DNA from: Dehalococcoidia bacterium UBA7891 | Lineage (GTDB): Bacteria > Chloroflexota > Dehalococcoidia > Lucifugimonadales > UBA826 | Direction: 5' to 3' | Length of the DNA stretch: 64,000 nucleotides | Assembly: GCA_002500485.1 (NCBI GenBank) | Contig: DLRJ01000033.1 | Span: forward strand, 7,035-71,034 | In this document: positions 36,382 to 46,308 of the stretch, one piece after another | Position numbering within the stretch: the stretch's first letter is position 1 | Layout: every line of letters begins with the position of its first letter | Made by a program: the position numbers and the translations under genes | The notes under the pieces: generated by a model | The model's input: the letters and a program-made list of their open reading frames with translations, nothing else | Databases searched by the model: none | What the model was told of the DNA's origin: nothing

Positions 36382-38622
36382 ATGGCACAAAAATTAGAAA
36401 CTTCAGATAGATCCGAAATGCTATTGAACATCTCAAGACGTGTCGCTAGAGACGAATCAATAGAAGAAATAATAGCTAGCATAATTGAAGTCACAACTTG
36501 GGAATTGAAGGCAGAAAGAGGATCTTTGTTTTTAAACGATGCAGCAACGAACGAGCTATACACCAGATTCGCCCAAGGTGCTAATTTAAGAGAAATACGT
36601 ATACACAACAAAAGCGGGATAGCGGGATCAGTTTTCCAATCAGGAGTCGGCGAGATAATCCACGACGCATACAATGACGATCGTTTTAATTCTGCAGTAG
36701 ATCAGCAGACCGGATATATGACCAAGAATATTCTATGCGCCCCGGTCAAAACCTTAAACGGAGTAATTATTGGAAGCGCGGAGGTGCTAAACAAAAAATC
36801 CGGTCGCTTCACCAAGAAAGATTTGGAACTTTTAGAAGCTATGACGGAGCAAGCAAGTATAGCACTGCAAAGTGCTCAATTTGTGGAACAAATGCAGAAA
36901 AGTAGAGATGAAGAGAAAAAGCTTCTTGACGTGGTCTCGGAAGTGACTGCAGAGATAGACTTGCCGACAATGCTAAGCAAGGTTATGGGGGAAGCTACCA
37001 AAATGCTTAACGCTGACAGGTCTTCGATATTCCTTAACGATCCAAAAACTAATGAGCTTTGGTTGCAAATTGGTGATGGCTTGGAAAGTACTCAAATAAG
37101 GTTTCCAAATCATCTGGGCATTGCAGGTACCGTTTTTACTTCTGGCCAAACTATCAACATCCCTCACGCTTATGCAGATCTAAGGTTTAACCCAGATTTT
37201 GATAAACAAACCGGATATTTCACTAGGTCGATATTGTGCGTCCCGATCATAAATAAGGACAGAATAATATTAGGTGTTACACAAGTCCTTAACAAAAGAG
37301 GAGGCCCGTTTAGTGAAGAAGATGAGCAAAGATTAAAAGCTTTTACCGCACAAATTTCTGTCGGCCTAGAAAATGCTCAGCTTTTTGCGGATGTACAGAA
37401 TATGAAAAACTATAACGATAGCATCTTACAAAGTGCAGCCTCAGGCGTGATAACTCTAGATGAAGATGAAAAAATAATAACCTGCAATGAAGCAGGTCTT
37501 AGAATACTAAGCATTACTGGGTCAGAAATATTACAGAAACCCGCTGTAGATTTCTTCATCGGAGAAAATGAATGGTTAATGGAGCGCATCAACAAAGTAC
37601 AGGATGAACAACAAACTGACACCTTTGTAGATGTATCCTATCAAACGGACGACCAAACATTATCACTCAATGGCACTGTTGCTCCCCTCATAAGCATGGA
37701 TGGGAAAAAACTTGGGGTCATGGTGATGCTAGAAGACATCAGTACAGAAAAGAGAATGAAGTCCACTATGTCCAGATACATGGACCCAGGTCTGGCGGAC
37801 CAGTTGCTTGAGGGAGATGATAATTTAGGCGGTGAAGAAAAAAAAGCAACAATTCTATTTTCAGATGTCAGAGGGTTTACAACTATCACCGAGCAATTGG
37901 GAGCCCAAGGAACCGTTCAATTACTAAACGACTATTTTTCCATCATGGTGGATTCCATAACGAACCAAGGGGGGATGTTAGATAAATTTATTGGGGATGC
38001 CATAATGGCAGCCTTCGGAATTCCATTCACTACTGATGATGACGAAGATAGAGCACTGAGAGCCTCAATCGACATGATAACCAACCTTTGGGAATGGAAT
38101 GAGGTGCGGGCCGAAAATGGGCTACCACCAATTGACATGGGGATAGGATTAAACACTGACACAGTTGTATCTGGAAATATTGGTTCCCCCAAAAGAATGG
38201 ATTACACAGTTATAGGCGACGGGGTGAATTTGGCAGCCAGATTAGAATCGGCCTGCAAACAGTACGCCGCTCGCATATTGGTGAGTGAGTTTACGCATTC
38301 CAATCTAAAAGGCGTATATAGGTCTAGGGAAATCGACAGGGTGATTGTGAAAGGTAAAACAGAGCCTGTAGGAATTTATGAGGTACTAGATTTCCATACC
38401 GCAGAAACATTCCCAAATGTAATGGAAGTATTGAACTACTTCAAAGATGGATTAGAAAAATATAGGGTTGGTGCCTGGGATCCTGCTATAAAATCATTTA
38501 AAGAAGGCCAAAGGTTAAATCCGACAGATTATATTACTGAAATGTATATAGGTCGTTGCCAAAGCTTAAAAGCAGACCCTCCGAAAGATTGGGATGGGGT
38601 TTGGGTGATGACATCAAAATAA
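36382..38622 (+). CDS. class III adenylate/guanylate cyclase with GAF-GAF-PAS sensory region
   Basis: 746 aa. Two GAF-like blocks (..ERGSLFLND..ELYTRF.. and ..DRSSIFLNDPKTNELWLQ..), a PAS-like block, and a cyclase core (ATILFSDVRGFTTITE, KFIGDAIMAAFG, DYTVIGDGVNLAARLE). Confidence 0.9.
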   Translation: MAQKLETSDRSEMLLNISRRVARDESIEEIIASIIEVTTWELKAERGSLFLNDAATNELYTRFAQGANLREIRIHNKSGIAGSVFQSGVGEIIHDAYNDDRFNSAVDQQTGYMTKNILCAPVKTLNGVIIGSAEVLNKKSGRFTKKDLELLEAMTEQASIALQSAQFVEQMQKSRDEEKKLLDVVSEVTAEIDLPTMLSKVMGEATKMLNADRSSIFLNDPKTNELWLQIGDGLESTQIRFPNHLGIAGTVFTSGQTINIPHAYADLRFNPDFDKQTGYFTRSILCVPIINKDRIILGVTQVLNKRGGPFSEEDEQRLKAFTAQISVGLENAQLFADVQNMKNYNDSILQSAASGVITLDEDEKIITCNEAGLRILSITGSEILQKPAVDFFIGENEWLMERINKVQDEQQTDTFVDVSYQTDDQTLSLNGTVAPLISMDGKKLGVMVMLEDISTEKRMKSTMSRYMDPGLADQLLEGDDNLGGEEKKATILFSDVRGFTTITEQLGAQGTVQLLNDYFSIMVDSITNQGGMLDKFIGDAIMAAFGIPFTTDDDEDRALRASIDMITNLWEWNEVRAENGLPPIDMGIGLNTDTVVSGNIGSPKRMDYTVIGDGVNLAARLESACKQYAARILVSEFTHSNLKGVYRSREIDRVIVKGKTEPVGIYEVLDFHTAETFPNVMEVLNYFKDGLEKYRVGAWDPAIKSFKEGQRLNPTDYITEMYIGRCQSLKADPPKDWDGVWVMTSK

Positions 38623-38700
38623 ATAATAAAATCACTAAGCCCACTTGAACGAAATTATGTCCTATGCTAAGTTTGGCTGACTTTTAACGGGAGATTTGCT

Positions 38701-38922
38701 GTGCTACCACATGTAACTAAATTTGGTATTTATTTTAATTCTTCGGAGGAGAAAGTCGTCAGAATTACTTCTCCATACTGGTTCCCTCCTGAGCCTGAAT
38801 GGGTCTATGTAACCAAGGAAGTAAACGCCACTCTCTTGAGTATTCGGGAAATGATAAAAGAGCAAGGATTAGCTGACCAAAGTGATTCTGTGACTTGGGG
38901 TCGCATACCTTTGTTAGATTAG
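38701..38922 (+). CDS. hypothetical 73-aa protein
   Basis: GTG start with GGGAG 8 nt upstream. I recognise no family. Confidence 0.45.
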   Translation: MLPHVTKFGIYFNSSEEKVVRITSPYWFPPEPEWVYVTKEVNATLLSIREMIKEQGLADQSDSVTWGRIPLLD

Positions 38923-38951
38923 CTTCAGGAAATCTTCGGAGCCCATATTAA

Positions 38952-39140
38952 ATGCCACATGATAACGAGCTAAAATCAGATAGACTCCCAGAATATGTCT
39001 CTAAATTATCGATAGATGCTGAACAATGGGCCATCTTAGAACCTTTGGTTAGATCTGCCTCAAATTCTGTCATAATGCTGGACCAAGTGCTAACAGTAGA
39101 AACTGAGTCATCAGCTATTTTTGTCTTGGGAAAGGTTTAA
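38952..39140 (+). CDS. small GatC-like / AtzG-like protein (putative amidase partner)
   Basis: 62 aa. The helical pattern YVSKLSIDAEQWAILEPLVRSASNSVIMLDQV resembles GatC. It ends 3 nt before the amidase start. Confidence 0.4.
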   Translation: MPHDNELKSDRLPEYVSKLSIDAEQWAILEPLVRSASNSVIMLDQVLTVETESSAIFVLGKV

Positions 39141-39143
39141 GCC

Positions 39144-40550
39144 TTGGACAATTTATACGAACTTTCCATTAGTGAAGCTTCAAGCTTACTGAAAAAAAAA
39201 GAACTCTCCCCTGTAGACCTCGTAGCCTCACATCTTCTTCGTATAAATGAGACAGATAACCGGCTGAACTCCTTTATAACCGTCTTAAGTGACAAATCCC
39301 AAAAAGATGCACTCCAGGCAGAAAAAGAAATTTTGTCAGGGCAATGGAAGGGAAATCTACACGGAATCCCTATCGGACTCAAAGATCTTTATTACACCAA
39401 AGGCATACCGACAACAGTAGGGTCCAAAATATATAAAGACTTCATCCCCGATTTTAACGCTACCGTGGTGGACAAATTAACTGAGGCAGGGGCCGTCATC
39501 ATCGGTAAGCTACAAATGCATGAGTTTGCACTGGGGACAACCAGCCATAACCCTCATTATGGGCCAGCCAAGAACCCATGGAACACTGAATGTGTTACTG
39601 GTGGCTCTAGCGGAGGATCAGCTTCCGCAGTCTCCGGCGGCCAATGCATGGGGGCTTTAGGTAGTGATACGGGGGGATCAATACGGATACCTTCGGCTTT
39701 ATGTGGGATTGTTGGTATGAAACCCACATTTGGGAGAGTCTCAAGATATGGCGTGTTCCCCTTGAGCAGTTCTTTGGATACTGTAGGTCCTATGACAAGA
39801 ACAGTGAAAGATAATGCCATAATGCTCAACGCTATTGCAGGACATGATATAAATGATTCTTTCTCTGCAAAACACAGCCTATCGGATTACACATCCGATA
39901 TTGAAAAAGACATTAGTGGGATAAAAATAGGGAACCCTCAAACATATTTCTACGATGTTATTGATAAAGAAGTAGTCTGCTTGATGGAAAAAGCCTCCGA
40001 GCATTTTACGGATTTGGGGGCCAAAGTCGAACCTGCTGAAGTACCTATACTTGAACATACCCTAGCTATATCCGGAACAATACTTCTAACAGAGGCAGCC
40101 GAGATACATTCTGAAAATATTAGAACTAAAGCAGAATTAATTGGCAATGATGTTAAATCTCGATTGCAGCAAGGCGCTCTGACATCAGGCGTGGATTATG
40201 TAAAAAGTCAAAGGGCAAGAACTATATATAATCAAAAAATAGACGACTTATTTAAAACTTATGACATTTTAGTTTCTCCTACAGTGGCCACAGGAGCACC
40301 CCTATTAGACGATACATCTGTAGATATCAACGGAGTCCAGGAACTCATAGCACCATTAATGGCAAGACTAACTCGCCCACAAAACATAACAGGACTTCCT
40401 ACCATTTCACTTCCTATTGGTTTCACATCAAAGGGGTTACCGGTGGCAATGCAACTTACTGCACCTCCATTCCAAGAGGCTCGACTCTATAACATAGCCA
40501 ATCAATACGAAAAAGTATCAACCTTCAAAAATATAATTCCATCAATCTAG
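39144..40550 (+). CDS. amidase-signature (AS) family amidase, GatA-like
   Basis: 468 aa. Contains the GGSSGGSASAVSGG signature and the GSDTGGSIRIPSALCGIVGMKPTFGRVS catalytic Ser-cisSer-Lys context. TTG start. Confidence 0.9.
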   Translation: MDNLYELSISEASSLLKKKELSPVDLVASHLLRINETDNRLNSFITVLSDKSQKDALQAEKEILSGQWKGNLHGIPIGLKDLYYTKGIPTTVGSKIYKDFIPDFNATVVDKLTEAGAVIIGKLQMHEFALGTTSHNPHYGPAKNPWNTECVTGGSSGGSASAVSGGQCMGALGSDTGGSIRIPSALCGIVGMKPTFGRVSRYGVFPLSSSLDTVGPMTRTVKDNAIMLNAIAGHDINDSFSAKHSLSDYTSDIEKDISGIKIGNPQTYFYDVIDKEVVCLMEKASEHFTDLGAKVEPAEVPILEHTLAISGTILLTEAAEIHSENIRTKAELIGNDVKSRLQQGALTSGVDYVKSQRARTIYNQKIDDLFKTYDILVSPTVATGAPLLDDTSVDINGVQELIAPLMARLTRPQNITGLPTISLPIGFTSKGLPVAMQLTAPPFQEARLYNIANQYEKVSTFKNIIPSI

Positions 40551-40600
40551 AAATCTGTCACAATATCCAAATAAAATAATGGTCTGGAGAAGATAAGTTT

Positions 40601-41521
40601 ATGAGCACTAAAGAACGTCAAGGATTATCTCTATATGATGCTGCAAGGGAAGTAGGCGTAAGTTTTGAAAAAGAATGGAAGCCTGAAAGCAAATCAATAG
40701 AAGTGAACGGAATGAAATTCCATTACCTTGAATGGGGCGACCCTGCCAATCCCGTCATGGTACTGCTTCATGGCTTTGCCCAACAATCACATTCTTGGGA
40801 CTTCGTTGCCCTGTCATTCGCAGACAGATATCGAATAATAGCATTGGATCAAAGAGGACATGGCGACAGTGATTGGGCGTCGGACGGAGACTACACTCCA
40901 GAAACACAACAAAAAGACATAGAGGCAATAGTAACCAAACTAGGCCTCGGCGAATTCGTTCTGATGGGACTTTCGATGGGTGGAAGAAACTCATTCACCT
41001 ATGCCTCCTCTAACCCCGACCAGGTAAAAGCTTTAATAATTGTGGATGCTGGACCTGAAAATGTCAGGGCAGGAACTCAGAACATAAGAAACTTCGTGGA
41101 GCAGGAGGACGAACTTGACTCTATCGACGCCTTTGTCGACAGGGTAATCAAATACAATCCTCGGAGGGATCCAATACAAATCAGAGGAAGCATAGTTAAC
41201 AATCTAAAACAACTTCCTAACGGTAAATGGACATGGAAATATGACAAAATCCTAAGATCCCAAGGAAGAATGGGGCGTCCCCAAGACCCAGAAATGACTA
41301 GCAGACTATGGGGTTATTTAGAGAACTTGCAGTGCCCCACCATGGTTGTTAGAGGAGACAAGAGCGACATTATAGCTACTGAAACTGCTGACCGAATGAT
41401 TGGAAGAATTCCGGGTGGTCAATTAGCGATAATAGAAAATGCCGGACACCTTGTCATGGGTGATAACCCATCCGGGTTTGAAAAGGCTGTAACTGCCTTC
41501 ATAGAATCGATTCAAAAATAA
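40601..41521 (+). CDS. alpha/beta-fold hydrolase
   Basis: Contains LLHGFAQQSHSW, the nucleophile elbow GLSMGG, and a C-terminal GH. Confidence 0.85.
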   Translation: MSTKERQGLSLYDAAREVGVSFEKEWKPESKSIEVNGMKFHYLEWGDPANPVMVLLHGFAQQSHSWDFVALSFADRYRIIALDQRGHGDSDWASDGDYTPETQQKDIEAIVTKLGLGEFVLMGLSMGGRNSFTYASSNPDQVKALIIVDAGPENVRAGTQNIRNFVEQEDELDSIDAFVDRVIKYNPRRDPIQIRGSIVNNLKQLPNGKWTWKYDKILRSQGRMGRPQDPEMTSRLWGYLENLQCPTMVVRGDKSDIIATETADRMIGRIPGGQLAIIENAGHLVMGDNPSGFEKAVTAFIESIQK

Positions 41522-41642
41522 TATCTTTATAATTTAAATCCAATGTTGAATTATAAATTGCTACACCGAAGATTGGGTGTTACACTTTTTACAAACTTAA
41601 ATTAGTTAGATAACAAGAAAGAGAGAAATCCAGGAGAACGGA

Positions 41643-41906
41643 TTGGATAGGGCTGACAAGGAAGCCGTTATTGCGGAATACCGCGTTCACGACAACGATA
41701 CAGGGTCGACTGAGTCGCAAGTAGCGATACTGACTTCACGTATCAATGAATTGACCCAGCACTTAAGAGAGCACAATCACGACGAATCCACAAGAAGAGG
41801 TTTGCTGAAACTTGTAGGAAAGCGTCGGAGGCTTTTACGCTATCTGAATGCAGAAGACGTAAACAGATACAGGTCGTTAATAGCCAGATTGGGTCTTAGG
41901 CGGTAG
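41643..41906 (+). CDS. rpsO: 30S ribosomal protein S15
   Basis: 87 aa. Contains [46 protein letters not shown] start with AGGAG 6 nt upstream. Confidence 0.93.
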   Translation: MDRADKEAVIAEYRVHDNDTGSTESQVAILTSRINELTQHLREHNHDESTRRGLLKLVGKRRRLLRYLNAEDVNRYRSLIARLGLRR

Positions 41907-42048
41907 TAACTTACACATCACTCCCCCCCCGATTATTGCACATCTCCCATCTGAACCTCTGGTACTACTCCAGGAGTAAATAGACATTTCATTACATACA
42001 ATAACCCGTAATATACACGGACACGATTTAGAATTAGAAACGGGGCGG

Positions 42049-44352
42049 TTGGCTCAAAAAGCAGGCGGCTCGATATTGATCAAGCAAGGTGACAATGTGG
42101 TTCTAGCCACGGTCACAATGAGTAATCCTCGAGAAGGATTAGATTTTTTCCCCCTCACAGTGGATCTTGAAGAAAGACACTACGCTATTGGCCAAATACC
42201 CGGAAGTTTTTTTAGACGGGAAGGCAGGCCTACAACCCACGCAATACTCACTGACAGGCTAATAGACAGGCCAATAAGGCCTTTATTCCCCAAGGGATTT
42301 AAAAACGAGGTCCAAGTTATAGCAACAACACTGTCCAGTGACAGAGAAATACCCTTAGATATCATAGCCTTAAACGGGGTTTCCGCTGCCTTGAGCATAT
42401 CGAACATCCCATTTAATGGACCTATTGCAGCAACCCGAATCGGGTATATTGATGGTGAATTTGTAATTAACCCTACATATGCTCAGATTGAAGAAAGCCT
42501 CTTAGATCTTGTGGTTGCAGGATCTACCGATGGCGTATCAATGATGGAAGCCGGGGCAAAAGAGGTAGATGAGGATGTCGTGTTTGAGGCTATCCAACTA
42601 GCACAGTCGGTAAATTTAGAGATTATCTCCCTACAACAAGATTTCGCTGATGAAATTGGTACCCCAAAATCAGATTTTGTACCAAAAGGCCATGATCCTG
42701 AAGCTGTGAAACAAGCAAGAGAAATTTTGGGAGACCGTATTTACACGGCAATGTCAGACGCAGAAGATCAAGAAGATATGAGGAATCGTTTAAAAGTTTT
42801 AGAAGACGAATTGGAAGAATCCCTGTCAGAGGAATTTGATTCCAGTGTTTCAGCTGGAGCCTTTGAGGAACTGCTAGATGAACAATTCAGGGTCAGAATA
42901 CTTAAAGACGGAGTTAGACCGGATGGGAGAGGTTTGAGAGAAATACGATCTCTTTCAGCGGAGGTTTCAATTTTACCTCGTACTCATGGCACAGGACTAT
43001 TTAATAGAGGTGAAACACAAATACTGGGTGTAACCACCCTCGGGTCTTCAGGCGACGCACAGAAACTAGACAATCTAAGCCCAGAAGTATCCAAAAACTT
43101 CATGCTCCACTATAACTTTCCTCCTTATTCTGTCGGAGAAGCGAGAAGAGTTGGATCCCCTGGCCGTAGAGAGATCGGGCATGGAGCTTTAGCAGAAAGA
43201 GCCTTGAGTGCTGTTTTACCTTCCCAAGAAGATTTCCCCTACACAATAAGAATTGTATGTGAAGCTCTTAGCTCAAATGGTAGTACATCCATGGGGAGTG
43301 TTTGCGCAGGAACTTTAGCTCTAATGGATGCTGGAGTGCCGATTACATCCCCGGTAGCTGGAATATCTGTCGGGCTTATTACTGGTGAAGATGGTGAATA
43401 TGTAACCTTAACCGACATACAAGGATTAGAAGACCATGTTGGAGATATGGATTTCAAAGTTGCAGGTACTTCTGAGGGAGTTACAGCGATACAACTTGAC
43501 ATAAAGGTAAATAGCATCAGTTTTGAGGTAATAAAAGAGGCCCTCTCACAGGCAAAAGAAGCCAGGTCACAAGTATTGGACGTTATAACGTCTGCTATAC
43601 CTGAAGTCAGATCTGATGTCAGTCCTCATGCTCCCAGAATCCAAAAAATCATGGTTCCTACAGATAAAATAGGAGCAGTAATTGGCCCAGGCGGCAAAAC
43701 AATCAGAGCGATAGTTGAAGAAACCAACGCTACCGTCGACATACAAGATGATGGAACGGTCCTTATCGGGTCATCTAATGCAGAAGATGCGGCGAGAGCA
43801 ATACAGATGGTGGAAGATCTTACGAGAGAGATCAAAGTAGGAGAAATCTTTACCGGAACCGTAGCTAAAATAGCCAGTTTTGGAGCCTTCGTTCAAATAT
43901 TACCTGGTACAGATGGTATGGTCCACATAAGTGAACTCGCCAATTACCGGGTTGCAAATGTAGAAGATGAAGTATCAGTCGGAGATGAAGTGGATGTGAA
44001 AGTCATAGGGGTTGACCAGTCAGGAAAAATTAAATTGTCCAGAAAAATACTTCTAGATGATAGTGATGGCCCGTCGTCTTCTGCTCCAAGTCCCAGGAAA
44101 GAAATTGAAAAGGTTGAGGTAAATGTTGGGGACATCATAACCGGAGCAGTAGTGAACATTGCGAAATTCGGGGCCTTCGTTGAAATAGCACCTGGCACAG
44201 ACGGAATGGTTCATATAAGTGAATTAGAAAATTACAGAGTGGCCAAAGTCGAAGACGTTGTAAGTGTGGGAGAGGAAATTACGGTGGAGGTCATTGATGT
44301 AGACGATTCCGGTCGTATAAAACTTTCTCGTAAGGCCCTTTTGACTGACTAA
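42049..44352 (+). CDS. pnp: polyribonucleotide nucleotidyltransferase (PNPase) with two C-terminal S1 domains; the true start is probably upstream (see findings)
   Basis: Two RNase PH domains, a KH domain (KIGAVIGPGGKTIRAI) and a duplicated S1 domain (GEIFTGTVAKIASFGAFVQI... and GDIITGAVVNIAKFGAFVEI...). The TTG at 42049 cuts into the conserved N-terminal ...LELETGRLAQKA motif. Confidence 0.93.
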   Translation: MAQKAGGSILIKQGDNVVLATVTMSNPREGLDFFPLTVDLEERHYAIGQIPGSFFRREGRPTTHAILTDRLIDRPIRPLFPKGFKNEVQVIATTLSSDREIPLDIIALNGVSAALSISNIPFNGPIAATRIGYIDGEFVINPTYAQIEESLLDLVVAGSTDGVSMMEAGAKEVDEDVVFEAIQLAQSVNLEIISLQQDFADEIGTPKSDFVPKGHDPEAVKQAREILGDRIYTAMSDAEDQEDMRNRLKVLEDELEESLSEEFDSSVSAGAFEELLDEQFRVRILKDGVRPDGRGLREIRSLSAEVSILPRTHGTGLFNRGETQILGVTTLGSSGDAQKLDNLSPEVSKNFMLHYNFPPYSVGEARRVGSPGRREIGHGALAERALSAVLPSQEDFPYTIRIVCEALSSNGSTSMGSVCAGTLALMDAGVPITSPVAGISVGLITGEDGEYVTLTDIQGLEDHVGDMDFKVAGTSEGVTAIQLDIKVNSISFEVIKEALSQAKEARSQVLDVITSAIPEVRSDVSPHAPRIQKIMVPTDKIGAVIGPGGKTIRAIVEETNATVDIQDDGTVLIGSSNAEDAARAIQMVEDLTREIKVGEIFTGTVAKIASFGAFVQILPGTDGMVHISELANYRVANVEDEVSVGDEVDVKVIGVDQSGKIKLSRKILLDDSDGPSSSAPSPRKEIEKVEVNVGDIITGAVVNIAKFGAFVEIAPGTDGMVHISELENYRVAKVEDVVSVGEEITVEVIDVDDSGRIKLSRKALLTD

Positions 44353-44380
44353 AACTTCTCAATTGTTGGAAGTTAGGTTT
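44353..44380 (+). terminator. weak candidate hairpin after pnp
   Basis: AACTTC-(10 nt)-GAAGTT followed by AGGTTTT. Confidence 0.3.
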
Positions 44381-44415
44381 TACAGAGCAACCAATGTGAT
44401 AAAAGGAGTTCCACC

Positions 44416-45207
44416 ATGGCTGATATTAAAGTCGTCGTTAACGGAGTCCTAGGAAAGATGGGTCAGGAGGTTTTAAATGCCGTGGATAAAACCCAAGGTA
44501 TGAAACCTATTGGTGGTTCAGATATTGCCGCCAATATTGATCAAATACCATTGCCTAATGGAGAAGGATTCATACCGGTATTTCAAAATATAAGAGATGC
44601 GGTCAAAGGAGCTGACGTTGTTGTGGATTTCACAAACGCATCTGGCGCAAAAGGTGTAATGGAAGCCGCTGCACCAGCTGGAGCCAGTTGTGTCATTGGT
44701 TCAACTGGTCTATCTCAAGAGGATTTTGAGAAGGCTAAATCGTTAGCTGAGTCTAATAACACAAGCATAATCATTGCTCCTAATTTCGCTATGGGAGCGG
44801 TATTGATGTCACATTTAGTAAAAGCAGCTGCTAGATTTTTTGACTATGCTGATCTAACAGAAGTTCATCATGAAGCGAAAATAGATGCTCCATCTGGAAC
44901 CGCTTTAGCAATAGCACAGGCAGCTGTAGAGGGGAAAGGGAGTCGCTTTGAGGCTCCACTTGCTGAAAAAGAACTTATCGCTGATACCAGGGGTGGAACA
45001 CACGAAGGGGTTGTAATACATAGCGGTAGAATGCCAGGACGAGTCGCACATCATGAGATGGTTTTTGGATCCTTAGGCCAAACTTTGACACTGCGTCATG
45101 ATTCGATAAATAGAGAAAGTTTTATGCCAGGTGTGATTATGGCAATAAAGGCCTCAGAAACATCAAATGGATTGACTGTCGGGCTAGATAAAATTATGGG
45201 CCTATAA
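44416..45207 (+). CDS. dapB: 4-hydroxy-tetrahydrodipicolinate reductase
   Basis: 263 aa. Contains VVVNGVLGKMGQ, APNFAMGAVL and EVHHEAKIDAPSGTA. Confidence 0.93.
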   Translation: MADIKVVVNGVLGKMGQEVLNAVDKTQGMKPIGGSDIAANIDQIPLPNGEGFIPVFQNIRDAVKGADVVVDFTNASGAKGVMEAAAPAGASCVIGSTGLSQEDFEKAKSLAESNNTSIIIAPNFAMGAVLMSHLVKAAARFFDYADLTEVHHEAKIDAPSGTALAIAQAAVEGKGSRFEAPLAEKELIADTRGGTHEGVVIHSGRMPGRVAHHEMVFGSLGQTLTLRHDSINRESFMPGVIMAIKASETSNGLTVGLDKIMGL

Positions 45208-45269
45208 CCCTCTCCATTTTATCAGTCGACCCATCCACCGGTTTAATATTCAAATTTACGGAGGAAAAC

Positions 45270-46304
45270 TTGGATTCTTGCAAAATTGCCGTTGTGGGAG
45301 CAACAGGAGCCGTGGGCCAGGTATTCTTGGACATTGCGGAGCAACGAAACTTCCCCATCGATGAAATAAGGTTATGCGCCTCAACTCGATCAGTCGGTAA
45401 AAAATTAAAATTTAAATCACAGGAAATAGCGGTCGAACTCTGTACCCCAAAAGTTTTGGATGAGGTTGACTTTGCATTCATTTCTGCAAGCGGTGATGTA
45501 AGCAGAGAGATTGCGCCCCTTGCGGCGAAACATGGGACGGTCGCTATTGATGACAGCTCAGCCTTCCGAATGGATGCAGATGTTCCCTTGGTGGTTCCCG
45601 AAGTAAATGTTGATGATTTATCTGATCACAAAGGAATAGTTGCCATACCAAACTGTTCTACTACCCCTTTAGTAATGGTGCTAAATCCTCTGAAGAAGAA
45701 ATCCTCCATCAAACGTGTTGTTGTCGACACCTTCCAATCTGTAACTGGAACTGGAACGGCAGCACTGACTGAAATGGAACACCAAAGCAAAGCGGTTCTA
45801 CAGGATAATCCAATCACAACCAAAGAATATCCTCACCAAATAGCTTTCAATGTATTGCCTCATATAGAACCTTTTCAAGAAAATGGGTACACAAGAGAAG
45901 AAATGAAGATGCTCTACGAAACCCAAAAAATCCTCCACGATTCCAATATTTTGGTTTCTGCGACATGCGTGAGAGTACCAGTTGCTGTGAGTCACAGTGA
46001 GGCAATTCACATTGAATTCGAAGATCCAATAACGCCTAATGAAGTCACGGAAATATTGGGAAATGAGCCGGGTATAAGGATTGTAGACGACCCATTCTCT
46101 GACGTGTATCCTATGCCGATAGACGCTGCCGGGGGCGATGATGTTCTCGTAGGAAGAATCCGAAAAGATATCTCACATCCAAATGGAATAGCTATGTGGG
46201 TTGTCTGCGACAATTTACGAAAGGGTGCAGCTCTTAATGCTATTCAAATAGCAGAGGAAATGATGAAACGCAACGTAGTTTCAGAAAGTAACTGGAGGCA
46301 ATAG
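45270..46304 (+). CDS. asd: aspartate-semialdehyde dehydrogenase
   Basis: 344 aa. Contains KIAVVGATGAVGQ, the active-site IPNCSTTPLV, and DNLRKGAALNAIQIAE. TTG start with GGAGGA upstream. Confidence 0.94.
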   Translation: MDSCKIAVVGATGAVGQVFLDIAEQRNFPIDEIRLCASTRSVGKKLKFKSQEIAVELCTPKVLDEVDFAFISASGDVSREIAPLAAKHGTVAIDDSSAFRMDADVPLVVPEVNVDDLSDHKGIVAIPNCSTTPLVMVLNPLKKKSSIKRVVVDTFQSVTGTGTAALTEMEHQSKAVLQDNPITTKEYPHQIAFNVLPHIEPFQENGYTREEMKMLYETQKILHDSNILVSATCVRVPVAVSHSEAIHIEFEDPITPNEVTEILGNEPGIRIVDDPFSDVYPMPIDAAGGDDVLVGRIRKDISHPNGIAMWVVCDNLRKGAALNAIQIAEEMMKRNVVSESNWRQ

Positions 46305-46308
46305 GAAC

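Noticed and set aside
36382-38622. Class III nucleotide cyclase as a possible Pycsar/CBASS-like defence cyclase
   Set aside because: The protein is a large GAF-GAF-PAS sensory cyclase of the ordinary signalling type. No adjacent effector (TIR, TM, nuclease or patatin-like) and no other defence hallmarks are present.
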